This document shows positions 19,585 through 27,962 of a DNA stretch of 64,000 nucleotides, piece by piece. Source of the DNA: an uncultured bacterium (GTDB lineage Bacteria; Patescibacteriota; Minisyncoccia; Phycocordibacterales; DATDWN01); assembly GCA_903861205.1 (NCBI GenBank), contig CAIOTC010000020.1, positions 133,273 to 197,272 on the forward strand. Direction: 5' to 3'. Both the position numbers and the translations under genes were made by a program. Every line of letters starts with the position of its first letter. Position 1 is the stretch's first letter. A model generated the notes under the pieces. The model worked only from the letters and a program-made list of their open reading frames with translations, ran no database searches and had not been told where the DNA came from.

Positions 19585-19600
19585 ATTATACTAAAGTCCC
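19585..19600 (-). promoter_or_regulatory. promoter motif GGGACTTTAGTATAAT (copy 3), 7 nt upstream of the ATG of the Cys-rich gene (leaderless)
   Basis: Identical 16-mer; TATAAT-gttaggc-ATG. Confidence 0.5.
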
Positions 19601-20020
19601 AATATCCGAGAAAAATGTGGAAAATTTGCAGATTGAATTAGAAGTAGCCACCATATCTACACAGGATGATTAGTTCCACCGACGCATGGAGCTTATCCCC
19701 CAGAGCTTTATTCGTCAGTAAAAAAGCTAAAATCTGTCGGAGAATTTTTTTGCCAAAACAATTGTTTACGGCGTGAATAATCCGAGACAACCACCCATGT
19801 TACTTTTCAAATTTGGAGTCGCAGACACAAACGGTACCGCAACCATAGAGGATAACAAATCTCGTATGGTACCAAATAGACCACCCCCCCGCCAGTGCCT
19901 AAGACACTGCGTGACGAGCAAGGGAGCTAAAACTAAGCAGGTGAGAAGTAAAAAATTAAAAATAAAACCAATACTTCTCGCACGACCAGTCATCGTGTGG
20001 TTTTTTTATTATTAATAATT

Positions 20021-20368
20021 ATGATGAAAAGCATAAGCAAAATCATCGAAGATGGTCCTGTCACAGAATATAAAAATTCTCAGGAAACGCTCGCTCTCGT
20101 ATCAGAGCAAATTAAGGCTCGTTGGGGTGAGTCGGAGTTGAAAAACTACGATCCATTCCACAACGCCAGGACATTTCAGTCTTGGCTCAAGTTGGGGTTT
20201 AGGGTCCGCAAAGGTGAGAAAGCCCTTAGGTCGATTACGTATGTGCAAACCACCGATGCTGACGGCAACATAATCAAGAAGTATCGTAGGCCAGTGTACC
20301 TTTTTTATGTAAGGCAGGTCGAGAGAATCGGCGAACGAAAATCATATGAAGAAGACATTGACGATTAG
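20021..20368 (+). CDS. ArdC N-terminal-domain-like (DUF1738-like) ssDNA-binding protein
   Basis: ARTFQSWLKLGFRVRKGEKAL...VYLFYVRQV resembles the ArdC N-terminal domain. Confidence 0.5.
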   Translation: MMKSISKIIEDGPVTEYKNSQETLALVSEQIKARWGESELKNYDPFHNARTFQSWLKLGFRVRKGEKALRSITYVQTTDADGNIIKKYRRPVYLFYVRQVERIGERKSYEEDIDD

Positions 20369-20549
20369 TTACGCCAACCGCTTGTCTGGCACAGGCGGTC
20401 GCAAATACGATTTGTTGCCAGTTCCAAAGGTGCTCCTAGCCAACCACATTTTGAAAAACATAAGTAATTTTTCAATTGGTGACACAGCTACCGTGGAGTA
20501 CTTATTGGACACCATTATCATTCGAAAAATAATCAATTCAAAATTATGA
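20346..20549 (+). CDS. hypothetical small protein
   Basis: 67-aa ORF in the same-strand gene string of the mobile element. Confidence 0.25.
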   Translation: MKKTLTISYANRLSGTGGRKYDLLPVPKVLLANHILKNISNFSIGDTATVEYLLDTIIIRKIINSKL

Positions 20550-21139
20550 ACACTTCTTACAGGCGAGACATTGTCTCGCCGATTCAGTTAAAGAGCAGGC
20601 CGTACGACATCCAAACTAACCGAGCGGTCCAGGATGAAATCAGAAAAAATATTTGCACCCTTCACTTTACCGCAGAATTTGCCGAGGACACGCAGACACT
20701 TCAAGCATTCAAAAACATCCCTGGTGTAGTCGGGTTTATCTGTACTCTGAGAAAAGACGGCAAAGATGGACCGATTTTAGGTTTTGGTCGTGGCATGACA
20801 GTAATCAACAAGCTCAATCGATATCTCGAAAAAACGGTATCATTCGCCGCGAACGCCTCACTGATCGATTCGGTTGTGAGGGCCACAAAAATGTTGGATG
20901 CCCTGCATATCGATTTTACCAAACAAAACACCGCGGCCGAAACGACTGTGACACCAGTTGAGCAAGAAACATACGGTCAGAGAGAAAATGAATTTGTTCC
21001 CATCACACCCAGACAACGCGGATATTTGCTCAAACTTTTGGAAAATATCGGAGCGGATGATTCGGAAATCAACTCGGTCGATGAGATGAGCAAGAGCGAT
21101 GCCGCAGGACGGATTTCTAAACTCGCGGCAACCAGATAA
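20546..21139 (+). CDS. hypothetical protein
   Basis: 197-aa ORF, 4-nt overlap with the upstream ORF (operon-like). Confidence 0.4.
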   Translation: MNTSYRRDIVSPIQLKSRPYDIQTNRAVQDEIRKNICTLHFTAEFAEDTQTLQAFKNIPGVVGFICTLRKDGKDGPILGFGRGMTVINKLNRYLEKTVSFAANASLIDSVVRATKMLDALHIDFTKQNTAAETTVTPVEQETYGQRENEFVPITPRQRGYLLKLLENIGADDSEINSVDEMSKSDAAGRISKLAATR

Positions 21140-21175
21140 CATTACAAATTATCAAAAAATAACTCAAAAACTATC

Positions 21176-21421
21176 ATGATTACAAACACAATGACAGCTA
21201 GTTTTGAAAGCCCAAAAAGAAATTTTGTTTTTCCGCATGTTGATTATGTTGGCAATGACAAACCAATTGATGACAGACAGCGGTCCATTTTACTGGACTT
21301 AATTTTTCAGAAAGCCATTGATTCAACAGAAAGAGAAATGTGGTTAAATCAAGTTGACGGACTATCCAGCGAAGAGGCCGAGTCGTTCATTTTTGCTTTA
21401 ATCACAAATTCCTGGAAGTGA
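21176..21421 (+). CDS. hypothetical small protein
   Basis: 81-aa ORF. Confidence 0.3.
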   Translation: MITNTMTASFESPKRNFVFPHVDYVGNDKPIDDRQRSILLDLIFQKAIDSTEREMWLNQVDGLSSEEAESFIFALITNSWK

Positions 21422-21491
21422 TGGCAAAATAGTCAAACAAAAAGGCGGCACTTCACGGTGTCGTTTTTTTGTGATATTATAATATAGTTTT

Positions 21492-22697
21492 ATGGAAAAT
21501 TTAGAAATCCCCCAAGAACCAATATCGCCAGAAACAATAAAACCACCTATCGTCGAAAAGGAAGTGGCTTTACCACCCACAGAAAGTGCAGAGGAACGAA
21601 AAGAACGCGAGAGCAGAGAATATGAACAATCTTTAGTGGTGGAAAATCCAGAGCTTGTCGGAATAAATTTTGACCAAGATTTTATCGTTGATGCCAGAAA
21701 TTTTTGGCCACAGGAAAAATACCTGCAATACATTCAAGAAAGAGACGGAAATATATCGGAGGAGTTGCAAGCCATCGTCGGAACTAATAAAGCAGAAAAA
21801 ATTATTTCAGAAAACAAAGAAAAAGAAGCTCGCAAAATGACAGAATTTGACGAGTATTTATCTGGCTTTAATGGAAAATTGCAACATGTCAGAATACACC
21901 CAGCTGGTGAATGTTCTCCGCTTACGCCATCTCAAGCTGTCAAAATAAATCCAGACGGAACTTTTGATGTGGCAATATCACCAGAATTCATTGACCAAAT
22001 AAAAAAAGTTGAAGAGCAAACTGATGACATAACCTTAGTGGTCCAATTTTACGACCACCGTCGCGGTAAAGAAAGATCGTCTAATGTGCCAGAAACCCCA
22101 GAACAAACTGAACAATATGTGGCTCTCTGCCAAAAAATTATTGAAAATGCTGGCGAAGGTGTGCAACTTGAAATCGGAAACGAAACAAATATTTCCAGAA
22201 ACACAGCGATAATGTTTGCTGATAAATTACAACACGCCAGCCATGTTAACTCGGTTGAATATGGAAAATTTTTCTTTGACGTGGCCCAAAAAATAAAGGA
22301 GGAAAGTCTTACCACGAAACTTTCAGTTGCTGGCGTTGCTTGTTTTGACCCGACATATTTGAGAGAAGTTTTGGGAGAAATTAAACAATTGCAGGCGGAA
22401 AATAAAATTGAGACACCGCTTGTCGATACAATCAGTTTTCACCCGTACAGGGATAAACCAGAAGGAGGGGCGATTGAAGTAAAAGACGGAAAATTCACGA
22501 TTAGTCAACTGGATTATGACGAACAACTGGAAGAAATGCAAAAAATCGCCTCGGAGTTCGGTGTGAAGTTAAATGTTGGCGAAATAAATTTTCTGTTTTC
22601 TGACCCAGAGCAAGAAACAAAACTTGAAGAAGCGATTTCTTTGACGGCGGAGAAAAAGGTAAAATCTTTCATATATCCCGCTGTTAATGTTCATTAA
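21492..22697 (+). CDS. hypothetical protein, possible TIM-barrel glycoside-hydrolase-like (LEIGNETN motif)
   Basis: QLEIGNETNI resembles the clan GH-A acid/base NE motif; otherwise unassigned. Confidence 0.35.
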   Translation: MENLEIPQEPISPETIKPPIVEKEVALPPTESAEERKERESREYEQSLVVENPELVGINFDQDFIVDARNFWPQEKYLQYIQERDGNISEELQAIVGTNKAEKIISENKEKEARKMTEFDEYLSGFNGKLQHVRIHPAGECSPLTPSQAVKINPDGTFDVAISPEFIDQIKKVEEQTDDITLVVQFYDHRRGKERSSNVPETPEQTEQYVALCQKIIENAGEGVQLEIGNETNISRNTAIMFADKLQHASHVNSVEYGKFFFDVAQKIKEESLTTKLSVAGVACFDPTYLREVLGEIKQLQAENKIETPLVDTISFHPYRDKPEGGAIEVKDGKFTISQLDYDEQLEEMQKIASEFGVKLNVGEINFLFSDPEQETKLEEAISLTAEKKVKSFIYPAVNVH

Positions 22698-22721
22698 ATT
22701 ATTTCAAATGAGTTTTATCAA

Positions 22722-22832
22722 CTATGGGATAATGCTGGGTACCAGTTTTCTGTAAAAGTTTTCGGCGAATGTGGTTTTTCCACGACCAGCATCGCCCAAA
22801 ATCAGAATCTTTTTGTGTTTGTAATCGGACAT
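22722..22832 (-). pseudogene. 36-aa N-terminal remnant of a P-loop NTPase (Walker A GDAGRGKTTFA)
   Basis: MSDYKHKKILILGDAGRGKTTFAENFYRKL then a stop; too short for a functional NTPase. Confidence 0.4.
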
Positions 22833-22839
22833 AAATATG

Positions 22840-23364
22840 TTAGTTCGTTTTCAGTTCCATAATGGCTTTTTCAATAATCGACCTTATAAATTCCGTTTTC
22901 CCTGCATTGTAAGCATCAAAATCCGAGACAAATTTTTCAGCCAGCTGTTTTTTGAGATTTTCGTATTCATTGACTGATTCTGGGTGAGTTTTCAAATAAT
23001 TTCTAAATAAAATATGCTCTTTCCAATATTGACTTGTCGGCTCGGCAAATGATAGGTGATATTTTGGGATATCGTCAATTCTTTTCTGAAAAAATTTTCG
23101 ATCAGGGATTTGTAATTCCAATTCTGGAATGTAAACATATCCAATTTTTTTAAGCGGTTCAACAAAATTCATTACATCGTTCAAATCGTCCGCCATTGCC
23201 ATCATATCGATGACTGGTTTAGCATTTAATCCAGGAACAGAGGTGCTACCAATGTGTTCGATGTTTACATTGCCTGTAACATTTTGGATTACCACCTTTT
23301 CATCGTTGAAAATGGCTGGCCAATTTTCGGAATATTTGTCTACTTGGATTTTTCTATTTTCCAT
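22840..23364 (-). CDS. GrpB family protein (nucleotidyltransferase-fold, UPF0157)
   Basis: NWPAIFNDEK...HIGSTSVPGLNAKPVIDMM. Confidence 0.8.
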   Translation of the reverse strand: MENRKIQVDKYSENWPAIFNDEKVVIQNVTGNVNIEHIGSTSVPGLNAKPVIDMMAMADDLNDVMNFVEPLKKIGYVYIPELELQIPDRKFFQKRIDDIPKYHLSFAEPTSQYWKEHILFRNYLKTHPESVNEYENLKKQLAEKFVSDFDAYNAGKTEFIRSIIEKAIMELKTN

Positions 23365-23366
23365 TT

Positions 23367-24061
23367 TTAGATAGATATTTTCATTCCTGGTCCAATATAT
23401 TCAATTTTGTCACCAACATCCTTTATCGCTTGCCCATCCTGTAATAGATACACCTTCCATGGAAAATCCATTATCGTTTGCAAATATTTTTTTCGCTCAG
23501 TGTATTTTTTCACATTTTCAGATTCGTTACTTTCTTTTTGGTGTGGAAGCAAAATAAAGTCAGTGATTTTTAATCCGACATGGTCAGTTGGATCATTCGG
23601 CTCCCACCAACCAAATCCAATATCTGGCCCAAGTAGACAACTACCAGCACTTGTGCCAATATACACCACACCCTTATCGAGCAAATTTTTCAGATATGTG
23701 TCCAATTTTGATTTCTTCGCCCAGTCAAGCAAATAGTTCACATCGCCACCGCAAACATCGATAATATCCACACTATTCAATTTTTCTTTTATTTTTTCCG
23801 AGTCATCTTTCAAATCTGCAACCACCACATCATATCTTTTTTCTTTTAGTATAAATATTCCTTGCTCGCTTCCACTTTATTTTCGCTGATTAACTTTGCA
23901 ACAAATTTTGTGCTGTCGGTTGAATATGGGCCCCATTCAATAATATCGCCAGCTGTCGGTATTAGTGCGACTTTTAGATTTGTTTTGCCACCAGTGATCT
24001 CTAGAAAGTCTTTTTCCAGAGAGGAACCGATAAAGCCATTTGATGTTAGAAGTAAATTCAT
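23367..24061 (-). pseudogene. pepE: peptidase E / S51 dipeptidase gene split into two ORFs (23846..24061 N-terminal part, 23367..23828 C-terminal part)
   Basis: N-terminal LLLTSNG...ALIPTAG and C-terminal GTSAGS nucleophile motif lie in separate ORFs. Confidence 0.6.
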
Positions 24062-24558
24062 TTATTTAATTTTTCTTTCATCTCCAATGCTCGCTCCACA
24101 AGTCGATCTCCGATTTTTCCCCAGTCAAAATATTTTTTGAAATCTTTTGGATCAATAAGTTTAATTTCTGAAATATCTCCATCTGGATCAGATTCAAAAT
24201 CTCCGTATGGTTCGACGATGGCAAACATTCTAAACTGTCTTTGAATTCTATTTTCTCCTGGTGTCTCGATGTCTTGATAGCCAATACATTCCTGACGGAG
24301 AACTTTCATATTTGATTCTTCTTTTATTTCTCTTACTGAAGCATCCTCGTATGTTTCGCCTTTTTCAATACTTCCACCAGGAGGAGTCCATCTACCATTT
24401 TCATGTCCAACAATTACCAGTTTGTTATTATAAAAACAGAAAGCATGTACGCCATCTAGCATTTTTGGATCTGTTTCAGCGGTTGGCACACCGTCATGAT
24501 AAGTGAAATTGAATATTTTCCCATCATATTCAAATTGTGATTTTATTTCCATATTCAT
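24058..24558 (-). CDS. Nudix hydrolase
   Basis: Nudix box GGSIEKGETYEDASVREIKEESN. Confidence 0.85.
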   Translation of the reverse strand: MNMEIKSQFEYDGKIFNFTYHDGVPTAETDPKMLDGVHAFCFYNNKLVIVGHENGRWTPPGGSIEKGETYEDASVREIKEESNMKVLRQECIGYQDIETPGENRIQRQFRMFAIVEPYGDFESDPDGDISEIKLIDPKDFKKYFDWGKIGDRLVERALEMKEKLNK

Positions 24559-24607
24559 TAGTATAACTTATTATTTTTTGACTTCATAGTTAAACATAGG
24601 TGCTGGC

Positions 24608-24635
24608 TTGACAGAAAGACAAATTCGTGTATAAT
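24608..24635 (+). promoter_or_regulatory. consensus sigma-70-type promoter TTGACA-N16-TATAAT driving the GC-rich cassette
   Basis: cTTGACAgaaagacaaattcgtgTATAATagaca, followed by an SD and an ATG. Confidence 0.55.
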
Positions 24636-24673
24636 AGACATCGGAATAAAAGTTCACCGACATAGGAGATTCA

Positions 24674-24853
24674 ATGCTTAAATACAGGCTTTTCTTGTTG
24701 TTTTGGGTCCTCGTTTGGGGCTGGGTAGCATTTCGTTGCTTCCAAGTTCTGCCCTACAAGACCCCTGGAGTGCTCTGCACGATCAGCGTTTCGCTGGCGA
24801 TGGTGGCATTTGCCATCACTTTTCACAAATCGATGAAGCACCACTTCGACTAA
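24674..24853 (+). CDS. small membrane protein (59 aa, hypothetical)
   Basis: GGAG SD 7 nt upstream; two hydrophobic segments. Confidence 0.35.
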   Translation: MLKYRLFLLFWVLVWGWVAFRCFQVLPYKTPGVLCTISVSLAMVAFAITFHKSMKHHFD

Positions 24854-24866
24854 ACAAGGAGAAACA

Positions 24867-25184
24867 ATGATTCGACTCATAGCGATGCTTTCTTTCTATG
24901 CTGTGGCATTCGTGCCTGGCTGGTTTGCATTCCAGGAGCTTCGTCAGACTTTCTACGAACTCCGTGGCCTGCAAGCTCACTACAGTTTCGCACAAGAGAT
25001 GACCGTTCGTGGTCACATCTTTGCGGCACTGATTCTCATGATAGTCGCCATGGCAATTGCATGGGTCGGCGATCGTGTGAGTGAGACGAAAGAAGAACGC
25101 GAACGCATGAAAAGAATTCGTTTCGAAGAACACGAACGCGAACTTCAAAACTATATGCGTCCTCGGCCACTTCTCCGTAGGTAA
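24867..25184 (+). CDS. hypothetical membrane protein (105 aa)
   Basis: AAGGAGA SD upstream; two TM helices then a charged tail. Confidence 0.4.
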   Translation: MIRLIAMLSFYAVAFVPGWFAFQELRQTFYELRGLQAHYSFAQEMTVRGHIFAALILMIVAMAIAWVGDRVSETKEERERMKRIRFEEHERELQNYMRPRPLLRR

Positions 25185-25330
25185 TGGGTTGAGACCCCAA
25201 GCAACAGTAAAGGAATCTCCAAAACCTGCAACGCAGGTGTCCGACAATCGTCGGACTTCTACCATAGAAAATTTGAAAAAGTTTTCTGCGGTGGGAGCAA
25301 TCCCTTATCTGTTCTTTGAGGAGATAGACG

Positions 25331-25618
25331 ATGAATACGCCGAGTGTCAAAATCAACTTTCGTGGATTCGAGATTTCAATCGGCATGAGCGAATGTTGGG
25401 TCGGTTGCAACATACTGCCCATGCGTCCAGCCATCATGGTTAACAAGGACGGCAAAGAAGTTGCAATGATTTATTCCACTGGCCGTTCCAACACGGACAA
25501 CAATACCACTCTCGAGGTGGATGGCGAAGTACTGTTCGGGGTCATGCGGGAAATCATCAAAAAAGACCCAGTCGGCCCGATTCGGTTGCCTGAAGGTGAT
25601 GGAGCCATCGAGTACTAG
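25331..25618 (+). CDS. hypothetical protein (95 aa)
   Basis: GAGGAG SD upstream; followed by a GGGCGAC/GTCGCCC hairpin terminator. Confidence 0.35.
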   Translation: MNTPSVKINFRGFEISIGMSECWVGCNILPMRPAIMVNKDGKEVAMIYSTGRSNTDNNTTLEVDGEVLFGVMREIIKKDPVGPIRLPEGDGAIEY

Positions 25619-25630
25619 GTGTTCTTTATA

Positions 25631-25660
25631 GGGCGACGCAGTTTGTCGCCCCTTGTATTC
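25631..25660 (+). terminator. intrinsic terminator hairpin gggcgac-gcagttt-gtcgccc
   Basis: 7-bp GC stem immediately after the 25331..25618 stop. Confidence 0.4.
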
Positions 25661-25726
25661 AGATCATAACGAAAGTTGTGATCTGAAATTCAGGAATCAA
25701 GTGTTCTTTCACAAGGAGCTTTAACC

Positions 25727-26116
25727 GTGCGACAAATAGTGACTTTTGATATGGTTCTCATGGCTTGCCAGCTTGAGAGGTTCTACGAGCTGTATCTGCA
25801 CATTCTCGCGGCAACGTGGGCAAATCAAGAGGCCACCTGTCGCAAACTCGGCATGACCGACTATGATCCTCAGTGCATCAAGCTGAGTTACGAGATGGTG
25901 ATCTTCACAATCCGTAAACGTGCTTCTGGTACACTGATGTGGCATGCTTCGCTCGAACGGAGACCCATCCAGCAACCGAGAGGAATAATCATCCTCGGTT
26001 CATCTTCAAAAGATACAATCAGTGAGATTCTGGCGACAATCGAGCCAAGGACGACTGAGCTTGGGATGTTCCTGAAAATGGAGCACTCTGAGGAATCTTC
26101 TGGAGGAATGTACTAG
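25727..26116 (+). CDS. hypothetical protein (129 aa, GTG start)
   Basis: AAGGAG SD 6-7 nt upstream of the GTG. Confidence 0.35.
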   Translation: MRQIVTFDMVLMACQLERFYELYLHILAATWANQEATCRKLGMTDYDPQCIKLSYEMVIFTIRKRASGTLMWHASLERRPIQQPRGIIILGSSSKDTISEILATIEPRTTELGMFLKMEHSEESSGGMY

Positions 26117-26173
26117 TTCGGTTGAACTCGGCGAGCAGTTTTGATACAATTCCAATCAGAAAAAGGAGAGCAC

Positions 26174-26281
26174 ATGGGACAGTTTGGTTCCAAGGGCGGG
26201 CTGGTCAGGTTGGTTCCGCTCAAGAGCAATCGCAAAGAAAAGGATGCCGACAAAAAGGCACCCAAAAAGGCCGCTCAGTAG
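26174..26281 (+). CDS. small peptide (35 aa), paralog of the next ORF; N-terminus MGQFGSKGG
   Basis: AAAGGAGAG SD; shared N-terminal motif with 26292..26420. Confidence 0.35.
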   Translation: MGQFGSKGGLVRLVPLKSNRKEKDADKKAPKKAAQ

Positions 26282-26291
26282 GAGGACTACG

Positions 26292-26420
26292 ATGCCTGGA
26301 TTCGGCTCGAGGGGAGGATTCCGAGACCTAGGGGCTAATGTTAAGCCCACGAGGACGTTTTCTCCGCCCAAACCCGTGCAAAAAGAAACTGCACCGACTA
26401 CTACCAAACCGAAGTCGTAA
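26292..26420 (+). CDS. small peptide (42 aa), N-terminus MPGFGSRGG, Pro/Thr/Lys-rich C-terminus
   Basis: Perfect AGGAGG SD 6 nt upstream; followed by an intrinsic terminator. Confidence 0.35.
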   Translation: MPGFGSRGGFRDLGANVKPTRTFSPPKPVQKETAPTTTKPKS

Positions 26421-26449
26421 CAAATCGGTTGATTCAAAAGAAAGGAGGT

Positions 26450-26481
26450 CCGCCCGCATGTAATGTGCGGGCTTTCGTTTT
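26450..26481 (+). terminator. Rho-independent terminator gcccgca-tgtaatg-tgcgggc + TTTCGTTTT
   Basis: 7-bp GC-rich stem plus U-tract closing the GC-rich cassette. Confidence 0.55.
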
Positions 26482-27202
26482 ATATATTTCCCAAAAATAC
26501 TTTTTCTAAAATTCCAGAATCCATCAAATTTTTAGGCTTGCCTTCAGCCACAATGTTTCCTTTATCCAAAACGTAAGTCCTGTGTGCAATTTCATTTACC
26601 GATTTTAGATTATGCTCAACTATCACAATAGATATTTTACGAGCTTCATTTATGTGTTTTATTTTTTCAAAAACTTCTTTAACAATTTTTGGTGCAAGTC
26701 CGATTGAAGGTTCATCAAGCAGTAGCACTTTTGGATCTGTCATCATTCCACGAGCAATAGCCAACATTTGCTGTTGACCGCCAGAAAGATGTCCTGACAA
26801 TTCTTTCAGTTTTGGTTTGAGTGCTGGAAACAAATCCAAAACTTCCGCGATTCTCTCTTTTATTTCATTTTTTGATTCAACTGTGTAAGCACCGATTTCT
26901 AAATTTTCTTTAACCGTCAAACTGGAGAAAACTCGTCGGCCTTGTGGCACATATGAAATACCTCTGTCTATCATCTCGCGTGTCTCTGGTGAAATTTCCT
27001 TTTCATGCCACAAAACTTTCCCAGAGTGAATTGGAATAAGTCCGAATACAGCTTTCAATATCGTGGATTTACCAGCTCCGTTTGGTCCCATCAATGCCAC
27101 AATTTCACCTTCATCCACAAACATGGAAATACCATCGAGAGCTTTCAAACTTCCGTAGTTCACATGCAAATTATTCAGTTGTAATAATTTTTCTTTGTCC
27201 AT
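26480..27202 (-). CDS. livF: branched-chain amino acid ABC transporter ATP-binding protein LivF
   Basis: GPNGAGKSTILK Walker A, LSGGQQQMLAIARGM signature. Confidence 0.85.
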   Translation of the reverse strand: MDKEKLLQLNNLHVNYGSLKALDGISMFVDEGEIVALMGPNGAGKSTILKAVFGLIPIHSGKVLWHEKEISPETREMIDRGISYVPQGRRVFSSLTVKENLEIGAYTVESKNEIKERIAEVLDLFPALKPKLKELSGHLSGGQQQMLAIARGMMTDPKVLLLDEPSIGLAPKIVKEVFEKIKHINEARKISIVIVEHNLKSVNEIAHRTYVLDKGNIVAEGKPKNLMDSGILEKVFLGNI

Positions 27203-27209
27203 TTCATTT

Positions 27210-27962
27210 TTACTCGCCCAAATAGGCGTCCATGACTTCTCGCTTTGAAAGCACATCATTGGGGATGCCTTCCGCCAAAAGTTTGCCGTTATCCAAAACT
27301 ATTATGTGATCACATAACTCACGAATGATATCTATGTTGTGTTCAACCAAAATCACAGTTTTACCTTGCTCTTTTAGGTGTTGAATCACTCCGATAACAA
27401 TTTTTCTCATCTCTGGAAAAAGCCCAGCAAATGGTTCGTCCAGAAAGAAAATATCACTGTCATCACCGAAGCCGTTGGACATTGCAAGCACCCTGCCTAT
27501 TTCGAGCAGTTTTCTCTGGCCGTATGACAAATTTTTAGCTAGGTCATTTCTCTTTTCCCACAAATCAACTTTTTTCAAAACTTCCTCCGCTCTTTCAAGA
27601 TGGAATTTTTTGTGCGTTTCAAACAGTGAAGAAAAAACATTTCTTTTTGTTAGGACAACAAAAATATTGTCCAAAACGGGCATTTGCTCGAACAATCTAA
27701 CTTCCTGAAATGTTCGTGTTATGCCGTAGTCAGATACCTCGTGAGGCAAGATTTTTGAAATTTCTTCTTTGGATGAAATAACAAACGAACCGCCATCAAT
27801 TTGAATGACGCCAGTCAGCAAATTGATCAGAGTTGATTTGCCAGAGCCATTCGGCCCGATCAATCCAGTGATTTTTCCTTTTTCAAAACCAACCGAAAGC
27901 CCATCGACGGCATATACTCCATCAAAATGTTTCGTTATTTTTTTGGTTTCGAGAATGTTCAT
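27210..27962 (-). CDS. livG: branched-chain amino acid ABC transporter ATP-binding protein LivG
   Basis: GPNGSGKSTLINLLTG, LSYGQRKLLEIGRVLA. Confidence 0.85.
   Translation of the reverse strand: MNILETKKITKHFDGVYAVDGLSVGFEKGKITGLIGPNGSGKSTLINLLTGVIQIDGGSFVISSKEEISKILPHEVSDYGITRTFQEVRLFEQMPVLDNIFVVLTKRNVFSSLFETHKKFHLERAEEVLKKVDLWEKRNDLAKNLSYGQRKLLEIGRVLAMSNGFGDDSDIFFLDEPFAGLFPEMRKIVIGVIQHLKEQGKTVILVEHNIDIIRELCDHIIVLDNGKLLAEGIPNDVLSKREVMDAYLGE

Larger units (their letters stand above)
14499..24600. mobile_element. putative integrated mobile genetic element bounded on the left by the serine recombinase; right boundary uncertain
   Basis: Recombinase, Mini-A Topo-VI-A-like gene, ArdC-N-like gene, repeated promoter motif, many small ORFans, pseudogenes; flanked by core genes ychF and the liv operon. 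Confidence 0.45.
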
